Part shown: in pieces, positions 12,101 through 27,100 of the stretch | Position numbering within the stretch: the first letter of the stretch is position 1 | How the letters are laid out: each line of letters begins with the position of its first letter | Source of the DNA: Haliotis cracherodii | Taxonomy: Eukaryota | Assembly (NCBI RefSeq): GCF_022045235.1 | Contig: NW_027266275.1 | Location: 17,670,001 to 17,734,000, forward strand | DNA length: 64,000 nucleotides | Reading direction: 5' to 3' | Position numbers and translations under genes: made by a program | Notes under the pieces: model-generated | What the model was told of the DNA's origin: nothing | What the model saw: only the letters and a program-made list of their open reading frames with translations | Database searches by the model: none

Positions 12101-15100
12101 GATGGATGTTTATCAAGGGTATATTATGACACATACACAGTTGTTCAGATCTCCAGGGGCTCTGGGGTTTTGACCGTGACACATAGGACTTTCTATTACT
12201 GAGTTTCTTGGGCCTATGTTTCTGTAGTCATTGTTTCCATGGGCAATCGATTACTTGACCCATAGCCACTCATCTGAATATATAGTTCTGCTAGCGTCTA
12301 GGATCTTGATTTGTTTTGTTTTTCCCCCCAGAATCTGTTTCTGCAAATTCATTGCAATGCTACCAGTGCTTCTGTAAACTTGATAGGTGCATCGATCAAT
12401 GCAGTTTTTGGTGTGTCTGAATCATGTACAGGCATGGACCACTAGGTGCATGCCCACTACTGTTCAGAGAGTGATATTGGACCTTATTGCAAACAGGACA
12501 TTGAGAATCCTACTGCATTTCCAGTCCACTCTGCAGTCTATATTCTGATCCATGTATTCAGCCTGTGTCCTTGTTTATATGATTGTGGTCACTTGCTTTC
12601 ATCAGAGGTGTTCTCAGCATTCAATCCACAGACTTTCCCACATTAAATATGTGCAAGGGATTTCCAGGATATTATCTCTCCTAGTGTTCATTCCATACTA
12701 GAGCCTCAAAGTGGTTTACAAACATACACTTATTAGTTTGAATTTCAGTGTCATGGACTTTTTATTTGTATGTAGATGTTCATTGTCAGAAGATGAAATA
12801 CTGAATGGGCCCCCATTATAAGGCAGTATCTAAGGGGGTAGACAATCTAGTTAATTGAAGAATAATTTGATAAATGTTCCTGGTTCATTACGTATTTGAG
12901 TATTACTTTGTATAGTTTAAGCATGTAATGTCCTACTCTCTAGGTTTGGACCACATTATAATGAGGAACAAAGGTAGACATGTTGACTTGCACTCAGTGT
13001 TGAGTGTTCTATGCAAAGTGGGTCATGATGCCCTTGAAATGTGGGGACTCTATGTTTGCAAGACACATTAAAGGTCTTTGAGATATGAAAGTTGTTTTTA
13101 ATTTATTCATTAATTTGACAGTATATTTTGCATTATAACTGTGAAAATGCCTTGTCTTCTTCCAATTTTGAGGTATTAAAAGAAAGAAAGAAAGATGATC
13201 ATGGTTTTATTGAATCTGTATAAGTCAGTACTATCTTATGGTGAGTTTTTACATAAATGTCATGATTGTCATTGTACATAAGATTCAAACATTCAAGAAA
13301 CAAGGATTAGAAATTGTTTTGTCAGTGCTTTATCTTGAAATTATTTTATCTCAGATATGCCTCTTTCCCCCAAGCAGAATTTCAAAGTAAATATATATGA
13401 TTTATCTTTTATTTTTTTAAAATTTTGTATGATTCAATAACAAATACAAGGATGTTTATTTTCTATTAATACCTACTAATGTTATTCATTATCTCCGCAG
13501 AGGAGTTTCTGCTGGAGGACATCAGGAACTACACTTACCTCACCAACGGCCACATGCCCGTCGGCGGCATTGACGATGTCTTGGAGTTCCGCAGCACAGT
13601 TGAAGCCATGACCATTATGGGCATCAACGCAGAGGACCAGTCAGGTGGGCGTTTAGAATGAATGAATGTGGATTTCAGGTTATGATCCGGTGGACATGCC
13701 AATCTTAAGATGTGTACATGGACATGCCAATACTTTGATATGTCCATCAACATGCCAATATTAACATGGTTAAATGGACATGCCAATGGTATGATGTCTA
13801 CATGGACAGACCAATGGTATGCTATTTACATGGATATGCCAATGGTATGCTATTTACATGGATATGCCTATGGTATGATGTTTACATGGACAGACAAATG
13901 GTATGATGTTTACATGGACATGTCAATGGTATGATGTTTACACGGACAGACCAATGGTATGATGTTTACATGGACAGACCAATGGTATGATGTTTACATG
14001 GATATGTCAATGGTAAGATGTTTACATGGACATGCCAATGGTAAGATATTTGAATTGATGTCAATGGGTATATGTTTTACATGGATATGCCAATGGGTAT
14101 ATGTTTTACATGGATATGCCAATGGTAAGATGTTTATATGGACATGCCAATGGTGAAATGTTTACATGGATATGCCAATGGTATGATGTTTACATGGACA
14201 GAACAATGGTATGATGTTTACATGGACAGAATAATGGTATGATGTTTACATGGATATATATCAGTGGCAAGATGTTTAAATGGACAAACTGGATTTCTAA
14301 TCAGTTTGTGTTTGTTATTTCAGCCGTTTTCCGAGTGGTGTCTGCTGTGCTGCTGTTCGGCAACTTGCAGTTCAAGGCAGAGCGGAACTCCGACCAAGCC
14401 ACCTTGCCAGACAACACCGGTAAATCATCACACAAAAATAACAACAAAGTAATCTCATGAAAAATTGTTGAAAATTTCATTGGTAACAAGGCTAATATAC
14501 TACTCAAAGGAAGTTAAGGACCACTCGGTTCTTTCATATTACTATAGCTATCTGTCATGCCATGACATGTAAACTGTAGTTATATGAAAGAATTGGGCTG
14601 CGATTAACTTATGTGGAGTACAAAGTAGACAATAAAATTATGGATAACAACTTCTTTATTATACTGTAATAGCAAAGTTGTTGTCAATATTTTGGGGGTC
14701 TACTTTGTCATTGTCATCTTTTTTAGAAATCCCTCTCAAACAATTTACTTTGGAGTAGTATAATTTCACCATTACACAGTCTCTAGACTGTCAACACATG
14801 TGTTTTCCTGTTTTGACTTTGTGCACATTGGATCTCTGTCTCTGTAGTTGCTCAGAAGGCCTGCCATCTCCTTGGTCTGCCCGTGACCGCAATCACTCAA
14901 GCATTCCTCAAACCCAAGATCAAGGTCGGCAGAGACCACGTAACCAAGGCCCAGACAAAAGCACAGGTAAGTTTCTAAAACAAGGAACTCTCATTTGATA
15001 TTAACCTTACAATGTAATCTGATGTCTTGTTTGAGAAAAAGAGAAAGTAAAGCTAAGGGGAGGTAACTCTCACAGGAGTTTTGATACTTTATAAAATATC

Positions 15101-18100
15101 CAGGTACTTAGCAAACCTTTATTATGGGCAAGGTGTAAATGGGCCTAGTTGCCCGAACACCTATGAAACATTTTACTAATCAATCAATCAATCTCACAGG
15201 AGGAAAAGATACATCCACCTGAGCTGATTGGTTTTGAAGCTCACTTGCATACCTTTACAATAACGGTATACATTGTTCACACATTGACTATGTTTTGTCC
15301 TTCAAATTCAGAAATTAGTTTCTGTCTCAGCTACCCCGCTAAATGAATGCTATATCACACTGACACACAATAAATGGATGATTTGATGCCTCATCTTTCA
15401 GGTTGAGTTTGCTGTGGAGGCCATTTCCAAGGCATTGTACGAGAGAATGTTCAAATGGATCGTCTCGCGCATCAACCGATCGCTGGACAGAACAAAGAGA
15501 CAGGGTGCTAGCTTTATTGGTATCTTGGACATTGCTGGTTTTGAAATCTTCAAGGTAACTAGCTGTGATGTTTCCCCATCTAGCTCCTGCTTCCATAGCT
15601 TCCTATTGTGTCTTTATTTGGCTCATCTTCATCGTTATTCAGTTCATTCCAACATAGATGCCGTAAGTGTGCACTACTATACATACATAGTGTATTATTT
15701 ATATTTAGTGTCAGTGTTTTCATTTATTCATGTGTTTTATATGGATTATCAGAAGTTATTTCTTTCCAGTCAATCAAAATTGAAAGGCCATCTGCCTAGG
15801 AATGTTAAATCTATTTTTATTCCTTTCATGATGATATAATTGATACATTCAAAGTAGGGTACAATATCATCAAGAGATTTCCATTGCTACTGTTAATTTG
15901 AATGTTAGTTGCTAAGGCAGTTAAGTATTAAAAGATCTGTAATGTGATCATATTGGTAACAGGGATTTATCTAGACCTACTCAGAGGCCGATATCCGGCC
16001 CCAAGTCCTCAGCGAATGTGAGAAAAACATTCAAATGGGAATTTAAAATTTCCCAATTCATATTGCAATTTGTCCCAATTAGTTTGGCATCCTAGATAAA
16101 TCCCTGATTAAGGAAGATCGCTGTACTTGTACCTGGCTATTTCTTATCGCCCCCTTTCATAGTGTGTGGTTTGTTGTCGATTTGCTGCTTCTCATCTTGA
16201 GTTTTGTCTCGGCATTCAGCCGTCAATCAGGAACAGCATCATTTTCCGGTACATACATTGATTAAATCACTGCAATCACTTCATTGTTTGCCATAGTGTC
16301 AGGAAGACGTATACGACGAAAAAAATACCATGTACTTAACGGTCGCAGCAGGATCGGTAAAACTTGCATCCTTGTTGAAATCCAATCCGTGTGGCGAAGC
16401 ATCGTTTTGAAACCCTTCATTGCTATTGCTCTTCTTTTTACCCCTCGGATATGTTCCCATTTTACCCCATTTCTTCTTAATACTTCTCATCAAATGATTC
16501 TCTGCTTTTCCATATTTATTTATTTTTCTACATATTTTAACTCCTTCAGTCCACCGAAAAGGTAAACTACTTGCTCGCAAGTGCCCTTGTCTGGCTGATG
16601 TAGTCCAGCAGTGTCCGATTACCACTTATTTCATTCAATAGCATGTGAATTGCCAATAGATTTCACAATGTTATTTGTTGTCTTATTTCAAACATTATGA
16701 GATTTAAGTTTAGCAAACAGCATGCACGTGTTGTTCCCAACTTGTAGCTGAGAATGTTAATGTCATATTTTCTTGTTTCATAAGTTTATTCTCCCTTAGT
16801 TTTTTCATTCGTGTATTTTTTAAAATATTAATTTATTGAACCTTAATTTTTTAGTTCTGTTGTACTTTCGGGGGGTTGAGGTCAATTCTGGAAATGTTTG
16901 AAGCAACAGAATGAAATAAGTCAATTTTCTCTCCCCATGATAGAATTCCTCCTTAATATGTTTGTTTCTCCTGTCGCATTAATGATTAAATTGTTGGTGT
17001 GGCACTAACAGTTGTTGCTCCCAAGTTTGCTATGATCGTGCATGGTATCACCATTGACAATGCAAACTTCTCTGAGACGTCAACTTTGATGAATGTCAGA
17101 ATAAAGCTCATCAATGAATCTTGAAGAATTAAAGGAAGTACTAGGCTTTAAAAACTATTTAATGTTTATAAGGTTATGTGGCCTGGTTGATACATTTCTA
17201 TTCCCATTACTAGGGGACATAGGAGTTGTTTAGGTGCATCTATTCGCGGTGCAGAATTTGGTCCCTGAGGCATGCCAGAAAGCTATGATTGTTGGAGTCA
17301 TGGTTTGTCTTGATTACGACTGTAGGTTTGTCAGCACCAGTGGTAATCATCAAAGACCTGCATCACTTTGGGCTTTTCTCCTACATCAAGCTTCCCGTAA
17401 CTGGCCAGATGATCAGATATATAAAATGACATTCCCTTTATTTTGTTTTCATCTTTTAATTTGAAGCCAACCCTTGAATGTGGTTGCTTTCAAAAGAGCC
17501 TCGTTAGATCCATGACATCAGTTTGCTACAAATGTGAAACACTCACTAATATGTAGAGGTTGGCGTCTCTTGACACAGCTACTAAATTGTATTTGTTTTT
17601 CTTACATTGGAAATATGTTTAAATTTTGAACAACTTTGCTAACAGGTGTGAAAGTTGTTTAATTAACCAAAAGTGTGCATGTCAGTGGAACTAAAACAAT
17701 GCCTTCATAAGGCACACAAGTACAAGTAGGAAGATATCGCCTTGTAATGTTTGAAATTGGAGGAAACTATTCCTATGTCTTATTGAGATTTCACAGATTA
17801 CATGTGTCATTGATTGGCAATGGTTAAGTGAGATTTCTTGATTAATATTAACAGATTAATTGGTGCATGATATTTTCCAAATTTAACTTTTATTGTAAGA
17901 AGTTCCTGTTTCAAGTCAAAGTTCCTGTAGGGGGTTAGCAATAGATTACAAGATCAACTGGGAGGGTTAGTTTACCTATTTCTGACTTTCACTTTCTTCT
18001 CTTGTGCTTTACACTCATTGTAATTTACGTTACTTCAAACTGATTAGTACAACACTTTCTATATTTATGTTGTAATGCATGCTTTTGTTTCAGATGTTGA

Positions 18101-21100
18101 GATTTATCATTTGGATTGACTGTTTTGTAAGATCAGTGTCAGCAATGGATTGGATGAGTTTCCGGTCACCTTTTCTAGACTCGTAGAGTTTTAGCAAGAA
18201 TGGCCATGCTTTTGGGGCCCATTTTCCCAACTTTATGGTCCCAGCTATGCTTTTTCATTTTGATTCAAAATCTGCCAACTTAAATGTCCAACTGTTGCAT
18301 GAAACGTTGTGAGTTTTGGCAGACATATGCTGAAGACAGATGGTTCCAGGAATAATATGGCAGAACACTTTGTTGTATAATGATAAGAAATATTTTTGGA
18401 TAATGATTTGTTTATAAATTAAAGATGAAGGAAGACTCTCTTTTTTTCATGTAGGCTTATAAATTTATAAATATTCAGGTTCGGTTAAGGTCACCACTTA
18501 CAGTAATACCTAAATATTTTTATTTGGATTTATTGTCACATAATCTTCTGTAAATGATCAAAGGGAGACAACTCCCTTTATATGGATATACCCAATGCTT
18601 GATGTTGATATTGACAGTATGGTAGAAACAGCTTCCTACATCCAAAAATTCATAGAAACAGCAGACTCTTCTTTTGATAATGTGTGCTTCTCTATTTACC
18701 ACAGGAATTGTGTGATCTGCAAGTGGATGTTCCTAGCAACCATTTTGTGTGTTTCAGATGAATTCCTTTGAACAACTGTGCATCAACTACACCAATGAGA
18801 AGCTGCAGCAGTTGTTCAACCACACCATGTTCATCTTGGAGCAGGAAGAATACCAGAGAGAAGGCATTGAATGGAAGTTCATCGACTTTGGTCTTGATCT
18901 TCAACCCACAATTGACCTTCTGGAGAAGGTTAGCTTGTCCATCACTTCGAGCAGAGAATCAATGACTGAATACTCTAGAGATACTAAACATGAATATGAT
19001 CTGTGCCACAATAATATCTGATATTATATTTAAAAGAACGTAAAATGCACTGAAGTGTATCCTTAGGTGACACAGTAACATAGAAAGATATCTTTTGTTC
19101 ATACTTTCAACTGGAAGATTGTAGTAGAGGTCAAATGTAGCCTTCAAATTTTCTCCTGTCACCTTACTTACTTGTGTTATTTATTCACAGCCGATGGGTA
19201 TTCTCGCTCTTTTGGATGAAGAGTGTTGGTTCCCGAAGGCAACAGACAAGACATTTGTTGAGAAACTGACGGCCCAACACACTGGTCACCCAAAGTTCCA
19301 CAAACCTGACTTCAGGGCAGATGCTGACTTCTCCCTTGTCCACTATGCCGGCAGAGTAAGTAAATAGCCCAGGCGGCACTTCAATACTTCAATAGGGTCA
19401 CATTGTACCCTAATGCCTGTGACATTGTACCCTGATGGCTGGTCACATTGTACCCTAATGCCTGTGACATTGTACCCTGATGGCTGGTGACATGGCACCC
19501 CGATGGCTGGTCACATTGCATCCCGATGGCTTGTCACATTGTACCCTGATGGCTGGTCACATTGTACCCCGATGGCTTGTCATATTGTACCCCGATGGCT
19601 GATCACATTGTACCCCGATGGCTTGTCACATTGTACCCTGATGGCTGGTCACATTGTACCCCGATGGCTTGTCACATTGTACCCTGATGGCTGGTCACAT
19701 TGTACCCCGATGGCTTGTCACATTGTACCCCGATGGCTTGTCACATTGTACCCCGATGGCTTGTCACATTGTACCCCGATGGCTGGTCACATTGTACCCC
19801 GATGGCTGGTCACATTGTACCCCGATGGCTGGTCACATTGTACCCCGATGGCTGGTCACATTGTACCCCGATGGCTTGTCACATTGTACCCCGATGGCTG
19901 GTCACATTGTACCCTGATGGCTGGTCACATTGTACCCTGATGGCTTGTCACATTGTACCCCGATGGCTTGTCACATTGTACCCCGATGGCTGGTCACATT
20001 GTACCCCGATGGCTGGTCACATTGTACCCTGATGGCTGGTCACATTGTACCCCGATGGCTGGTCACATTGTACCCCGATGGCTGGTCACATTGTACCCCG
20101 ATGGCTGGTCACATTGTACCCTGATGGCTGGTCACATTGTACCCCGATGGCTGGTCACATTGTACCCCGATGGCTTGTCACATTGTACCCTGATGGCTTG
20201 TCACATTGTACCCCGATGGCTGGTCACATTGTACCCCGATGGCTGGTCACATTGTACCCTGATGGCTGGTCACATTGTACCCTGATGGCTGGTCACATTG
20301 TACCCCGATGGCTGGTCACATTGTACCCCGATGGCTTGTCACATTGTACCCCGATGACTTGTGACATGGCATCCTGTTGGCTGGTCACATTGTACCCTGA
20401 TGGCTGGTCACATTTCACTTACACTGACTGATAATCACAGGCTGCTGACATGGGTGGAATGTTGCTGAATGCAAAGTATAAATATCATTCATACACATAC
20501 ACATGAAACTGCCACAGGGTTTGATGTCCGGCCATTAAGTATTTAAGTTACTCAATGGATGACCACGAGCCATGACCCAACTAATCGTTGTGGCTTGTGT
20601 CTTGTTAGGTCACAGAGTTTTAGGTCAGTTTGTTTCAATGACATTGACTGATTGTAAACCCAAATATTATACAATACTTTAAAAGATTTGGCAATGGTGT
20701 AGAAATATGTCATATCAAAAGTTAAAAAAAATATTTGATGAAATGATAAAATACGGTACCATACTGATCAATGCAGGTATTGGAAAGAGGGACAAGGCTC
20801 TGGCAGATTGGCAGTCCCAGCATGCTTGATTCAAAGACCACTCTATTTGCCAAACTAAAATTTTATTATGTATTTTTTTTTATTTAATTGAATTACAGAT
20901 TGAACATATTTTTTTGGTGTGTTTGTGTTACTGACTGTTGTCTTGTCTACAGGTTGACTACCAGGCTGCAAATTGGCTTCTCAAGAACATGGACCCCCTC
21001 AATGAAAATGTGGTATCATTGATGCAGGCTTCCTCGGATAACTTCGTAGCATCAATCTGGAAAGATGGTACGCCTTTAGGGGCTCTTTGAATATATATAC

Positions 21101-24100
21101 TACTCAAAAGAACAGCTGATAAATCTATGTGAATGACTTCAGATCTTTTTAGTGCTAAGGTCACTTCGAGGAACAGGGCCGTGATTGTCAGGCAGTGACT
21201 TTCTGACAGTGTTATCTGTTGTTTTTTCTGGACCTTACTCACTTATACAGAGATAGCTGTGATGTAGGTGACATATACAAACTATGAGTTGTTGTATAAC
21301 TAGCTCCATGTTACAGCTGAGATTGTGGGGATATATATCCTGAGTTTATGTATAATGGCTGAGCTCCATGTTACAGCTGAGATTGTGGGATATATGGCGT
21401 GAGTTGAGTTAGTTGATGTATAACGAGCTCCATGTTACAGCTGAGATTGTGGGGATATATATCCTGAGTTTATGTATAATGGCTGAGCTCCATGTTACAG
21501 CTGAGATTGTGGGATATATGGCGTGAGTTGAGTTAGTTGATGTATAACGAGCTCCATGTTACAGCTGAGATTGTGGGATATATGTCGTGAGTTGAGTTAG
21601 TTGATGTATAACGAGCTCCATGTTACAGCTGAGATTGTGGGATATATGTCGTGAGTTGAGTTAGTTGATGTATAACGAGCTCCATGTTACAGCTGAGATT
21701 GTGGGGATATATATCCTGAGTTTATGTATAATGGCTGAGCTCCATGTTACAGCTGAGATTGTGGGATATATGTCGTGAGTTGAGTTAGTTGATGTATAAC
21801 GAGCTCCATGTTACAGCTGAGATTGTGGGATATATGTCGTGAGTTGAGTTAGTTGATGTATAACGAGCTCCATGTTACAGCTGAGATTGTGGGATATATG
21901 TCGTGAGTTGAGTTAGTTGATGTATAACGAGCTCCATGTTACAGCTGAGATTGTGGGGATATATATCCTGAGTTTATGTATAATGGCTGAGCTCCATGTT
22001 ACAGCTGAGATTGTGGGATATATGGCGTGAGTTGAGTTAGTTGATGTATAACGAGCTCCATGTTACAGCTGAGATTGTGGGATATATGTCGTGAGTTGAG
22101 TTAGTTGATGTATAACGAGCTCCATGTTACAGCTGAGATTGTGGGATATATGTCGTGAGTTGAGTTAGTTGATGTATAACGAGCTCCATGTTACAGCTGA
22201 GATTGTGGGATATATGTCGTGAGTTGAGTTAGTTGATGTATAACAAGCTCCATGTTTCAGCTGAGATTGTGGGGATGGGAGCAGCTGCAGCTGTGGACAC
22301 GATGTTCGGGTCCCGCACACGCAAGGGCATGTTCCGTACTGTGGGCCAGCTGTACAAGGAACAGCTCGCCAAACTCATGGCCACCCTCAGAAACACCAAC
22401 CCCAACTTTGTCAGGTGTATCATTCCCAACCATGAGAAGAAGGTAAATAGATGCAAGGAACAGCATGAAATCAGGATCAGTTTATGTAGGGTTGTTGTGG
22501 ACACAAATGTGTTGATTGGCTGAAATGCTTTCTGTTAAAAAAGCGCCATGCATGATTTTGATGATTCTACTTTTTATTTGTGTAGTTTGCCTTTGAGGCA
22601 AGGCATATTTTCAAATATCCACACACTGCAGCTTTGACGTAGATGAAATTATTTAAAGTGACAGTGCCACTCTCACCCTTGATACATTCTTGGCAGGACT
22701 TTCATACAACTTCATAATCCAGAGATGGAATTTGGCGAGTCAGTATGTCTAATGTTAAAGGTATTGAATGAGCCAGTTGAATTTCATAGTTTGTAAGGGG
22801 TATCTACTTTTGGGGCCTGTAAATGTTTCAGGTTGGGCTCGTAAATGTTTCAGGTTATGTTGCATCCCTGGAAGTGCACGTCACAAAGACTAATGGTTTT
22901 GTTTTTCCAACTGCAGGCTGGTAAGATAGACTCTCCCCTAGTGCTGGAGCAGCTGAGATGCAATGGTGTCTTGGAGGGCATCCGAATCTGCCGCCAAGGT
23001 TTCCCAAACAGAATCCTCTTCCAGGAGTTCCGACAGAGATACGAGATCCTCACACCCAATGCCATCCCCAGAGGATTCATGGACGGCAAAAAGGCTGTAG
23101 AGAAAATGGTAAGTACCAGAACTATTAATTGTGGTATAAATTGGGATTTTTTTGTCAACTTAAGTGTATATTCTAAGGACATAAGTACATTGTGTCACAG
23201 GCAATCTGAGAAAGTTCAATTTGAACAGGGAGAATGAAGATGAGAGAGACCCTCACCAAGAAATGACACATGATGTGTCTGTATTTTTGTGGTTAACACC
23301 ACACATGAGTTGAAGTAAATCTATTACGTACATCTCAACTTGTAAGCTGTTTCATTACAGATCAGTGCCTTGGAGTTGGACGGCAACCTGTTTCGCGTTG
23401 GTCAGAGCAAGATCTTCTTCCGTGCTGGAGTGTTGGCCCACCTGGAGGAGGAGAGAGACCTCAAGCTCACCGACATCATCATCCAGTTCCAGTCGCTTGC
23501 CAGGGGACTGTTGGCCAGAAGGTTGGTCATTTAGACACTTTTTTCCATCTTTGAGGGAGTACAGATTATCTCCCCTTAGGGGTTTTCGTTGTCCCAGTTC
23601 TCTGTGCAAGGTGTAGCATAGACTTGCTTGTATCAAAGACGTGTGTTCAAATACACTGATCATGATCCTTGGTCTTGTGAGCTCCATTCCTGTGCCTGTG
23701 CATTGCATCAAAGTGGAAGCTGACTAAGACCTGCATTACTTTGGGCTTAAGGCCTGCATTAAGCTGACATTAAAAGCTCAAAAAGGCATGAAACCCAACT
23801 TTACTCACCCTCATGAGTTTAATTATATTCTAAGAGAGTGTTGGGGAGTGTTTCAGACCTTCATCACTCCAAAGTACCGGGTTCTGTTCCCAGGGTTTTA
23901 CATAATATTGCATCCTGTATGCATTCACGATTGAAATGGGCACCAAAAAATGACATTGTAAAAAAAACAGTTGTGTTTTTCTTTAAATTTATAAAAAAAA
24001 TGTAGATTACATGTTCCATATAAACTATCGTTTCTATTTTGATACACTCAATGTTCAGTGTGTCAATGCTTGATTTTCTACATCTAACATTGAAAACATC

Positions 24101-27100
24101 ATATACAGTAGGCTTAATCTTCTGAGCATGTGCAGATATCAAGAATGTTTTAAATGTGCCACATATGGACAGCCTGGCACCCTATGTTCTTGCCCCAAAA
24201 CTTTATTACGGAGAGTCAGAAAATTGATACACCCATGCTGGTTCATAACACTGAACCTCTTTTTTCATTTTCTTTGCTTTTTATTGTCCAGAAACCACAT
24301 GAGGCGTCTGCAACAGATCAATGCTATCCGTGTGATCCAGAGGAACTGTGCTGCTTACCTCAAACTGAGGAACTGGCAGTGGTGGAGACTCTTCACTAAG
24401 GTAGGTATACACCTCCTATTGCCTCCTACTTGTATGTAATTGAAGTGTACAAATGTAGCACCCCATTCATGGTCAGACAACAATCCATAGGTTCAGTTAA
24501 GACTCAATAACACAATGTGACAATGCTTGATGACACATAATATTGGGTAAATAATTGATTATTTTTTTACCTAGACACAGCATGAGCTTAGAGTTATGTT
24601 CTTTTGAACCCTGTTTCTGAACAGGTGCTTGTTATTGAGTCACATGACACATCACATATGATGTTCCCTCCAAAGGCAAAGAGTACCTGTATTTCTATTA
24701 ATGGCATAGGATTTACCTTAGATATAGTTCAAGTTACTCTTAGGACTGAACTGAAAGTTGCTCTTGGAGCTTTTATGAATGTACACTTAAGTAAAATTCT
24801 TAGCTAAGAATTATTTTAGGCAGCTTAAGATACTTTTTGTAGAATCTTCATGAATGCAATCCCTGAAAATGATTTTAGATCTCTAGCTCTGAAATGTACA
24901 ATTGTAACACATGATCAAACAGTCATTATCACTGTTTATCAGAAAGGTAAAGCTTGTTTCAATTTCTTTTATCTGTGTCACACAATAGGCTTGTCTACTG
25001 GCGATATGTTTACTTTGAAACAATCTCTTGTCGTCATCATGGCCTCTACGGCGTGTCACCTGCGACAGGGCATTGAAAACAAGGGTTTTGGAAGAATGAC
25101 CTTGGTGTAGGTTTATGTATGAATTGTTTGGTCCTTCCCAGGTGAAGCCGCTGCTGCAGGTGACCGGGCAGGAGGAGAAGCAAAAGGTGGTCGAGGAGGA
25201 GCTGAAGAAGGTCAAGGACAGTTTCGATAAACAGAAGCAGGATTATGATGAAGTCGAGCGTCGCTATGCACAAATCATCGAGGAGAAAAACATCCTGGCT
25301 GAACAGTTGGAGGCTGAGAGCGCTATCTGTCAAGAGGCTGAGGAGGTGAATACTCGAAGCAATGATTTTGATTACTTTGATTTTAAAACAAAACTCTCCT
25401 GTGAAACTTTGGAAATGAGGTTGTTGGCCTGTGTGCCTTGGCTGATGGCTAGCATTGTCCATGCATTCACACACTGTTTTGCCTGGTCCTAACTCGATGC
25501 CTTATGTACATCATGTGGTTGGAGTGTTGCTGACTCACTGAAGATAGAACTAGTGCCAATAGTGAAATCTCAAAAGTCAAGGTCATTGAATGGTAGAAAT
25601 TACTTGTGAAAGTTTGTGCTTTGTAAGACAATGTTTGACTTTATCCTTGATAGGCATTTGAAGTGGTGTACTCAAGAATCAAGTTTTATTGATTGACAAC
25701 TTCTTTATTGTTTATAAGCCGTAAGACACCAAGTTTGGGAGTGAAAATGAGTAAGGATTCTCCAAAACGCTTGCCTTTACTCGGACCTGTGAAAATTCCG
25801 GGGTAGAATAGGTCTTCAGCAACTCATGCTTGTTGTAAAAGGCAAACTAACGGGATCGGGTGGTCAGGCTCGCTGACTTGGTTCATGCATGTCATCGATC
25901 CCAATTGCGTGGATCGATGCTCATGATATTAATCACTGGATTGTCTGGTCCAGACTCGTTTATTTACAGACCGCCCTCATATAGCTGGAATATAGCTGAG
26001 TGCGGCATAGAACAACCAACCAAGCCATTACTCAATTTGTATCTTCTGTAGACTAAGAGTTTCTACAGTTGCGATATAATATCAAGTTTTTAGTTGGCCT
26101 ATGTAGCATTCTGTATTTGCATTACAATCTTAAAGTTAATATGTGCCCTAATTACTTCACTGTAACTGTGTCTGCATATAATGAGGAAACATGTGGTTCA
26201 TGGCGTATTTGTTTGCTAACCAGGCTCGTGCTCGACTTGCTGCTCGGAAACAAGAGCTGGAGGATGTCTTGCATGATATGGAGCTGCGCATTGAAGAGGA
26301 GGAAGATCGCTGCAATGCCCTATTGGATGAGAAGAAGAAGTACAGCCAAACAATAGGGGATCTAGAAGAACAGTACGTACTTGCCCCGCTAGTTCAAACC
26401 AGGGTAATTTCTATTACAGTGATCGCTCGCTATTGCGCTCTTCGATAAAGCGCTACTTCGGTTACTACGCGCGGTAACGTATGGCTCCCAAAATTTATGT
26501 ACACTTTTATTACTGATAGTTTTACACAGACATAATTGTATTGTTGTTCGTTGTTCATTTGCACATAACGCTTCTCATTGCATAATCAACCGTTTATCGC
26601 TGAATGGAGTTCTAATAATCTGTTTGAAAACATCCGCGGCAAGTCCCGGAAATACGATTGTTCAACTAGTTAACTTTTCACACTATCGTCCTTTGATCTT
26701 AGAAGCGCATGCATGCAATAAAAGAGAACCACAAGCGAAGTTTATATTCTTAATTAGTGGGCAATCCAATTTGAGGCGACACTGTCACACACATGTAGTT
26801 GCTGTCACAACACGGCAGTCATTCATTTCGTAATCGCGCTTTCGTAACATCGCCTGGTTTTTTCCGTAGTTATAACAAGCGATTTCATTGGATTAAAATT
26901 TGTTTCTAATGACGCTTTCTTGCCGAAATCTACAAGTTTCGTGATTGGTCAATTTTGAGCACGTGACCTCAGGCAGCCAATCAAATTATAGCTGTGATAC
27001 CAAGCTCGTGTTTGATAAATTTCAGAAGTTGGCGAAAGATTTTTTGTTAAATCGTGTTAATCTGAACGTTTTAAGCAGGAAATCACGATATATATTAAAA

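Noticed and set aside
16284-16625. 93/108-aa ORFs in a CpG-richer intronic patch
   Set aside because: No recognisable domain, termini or splice support; possibly a decayed element.
19503-20431. Overlapping repetitive ORFs ([17 protein letters not shown]...)
   Set aside because: Translations of a 23-bp intronic minisatellite; not CRISPR because there are no unique spacers.
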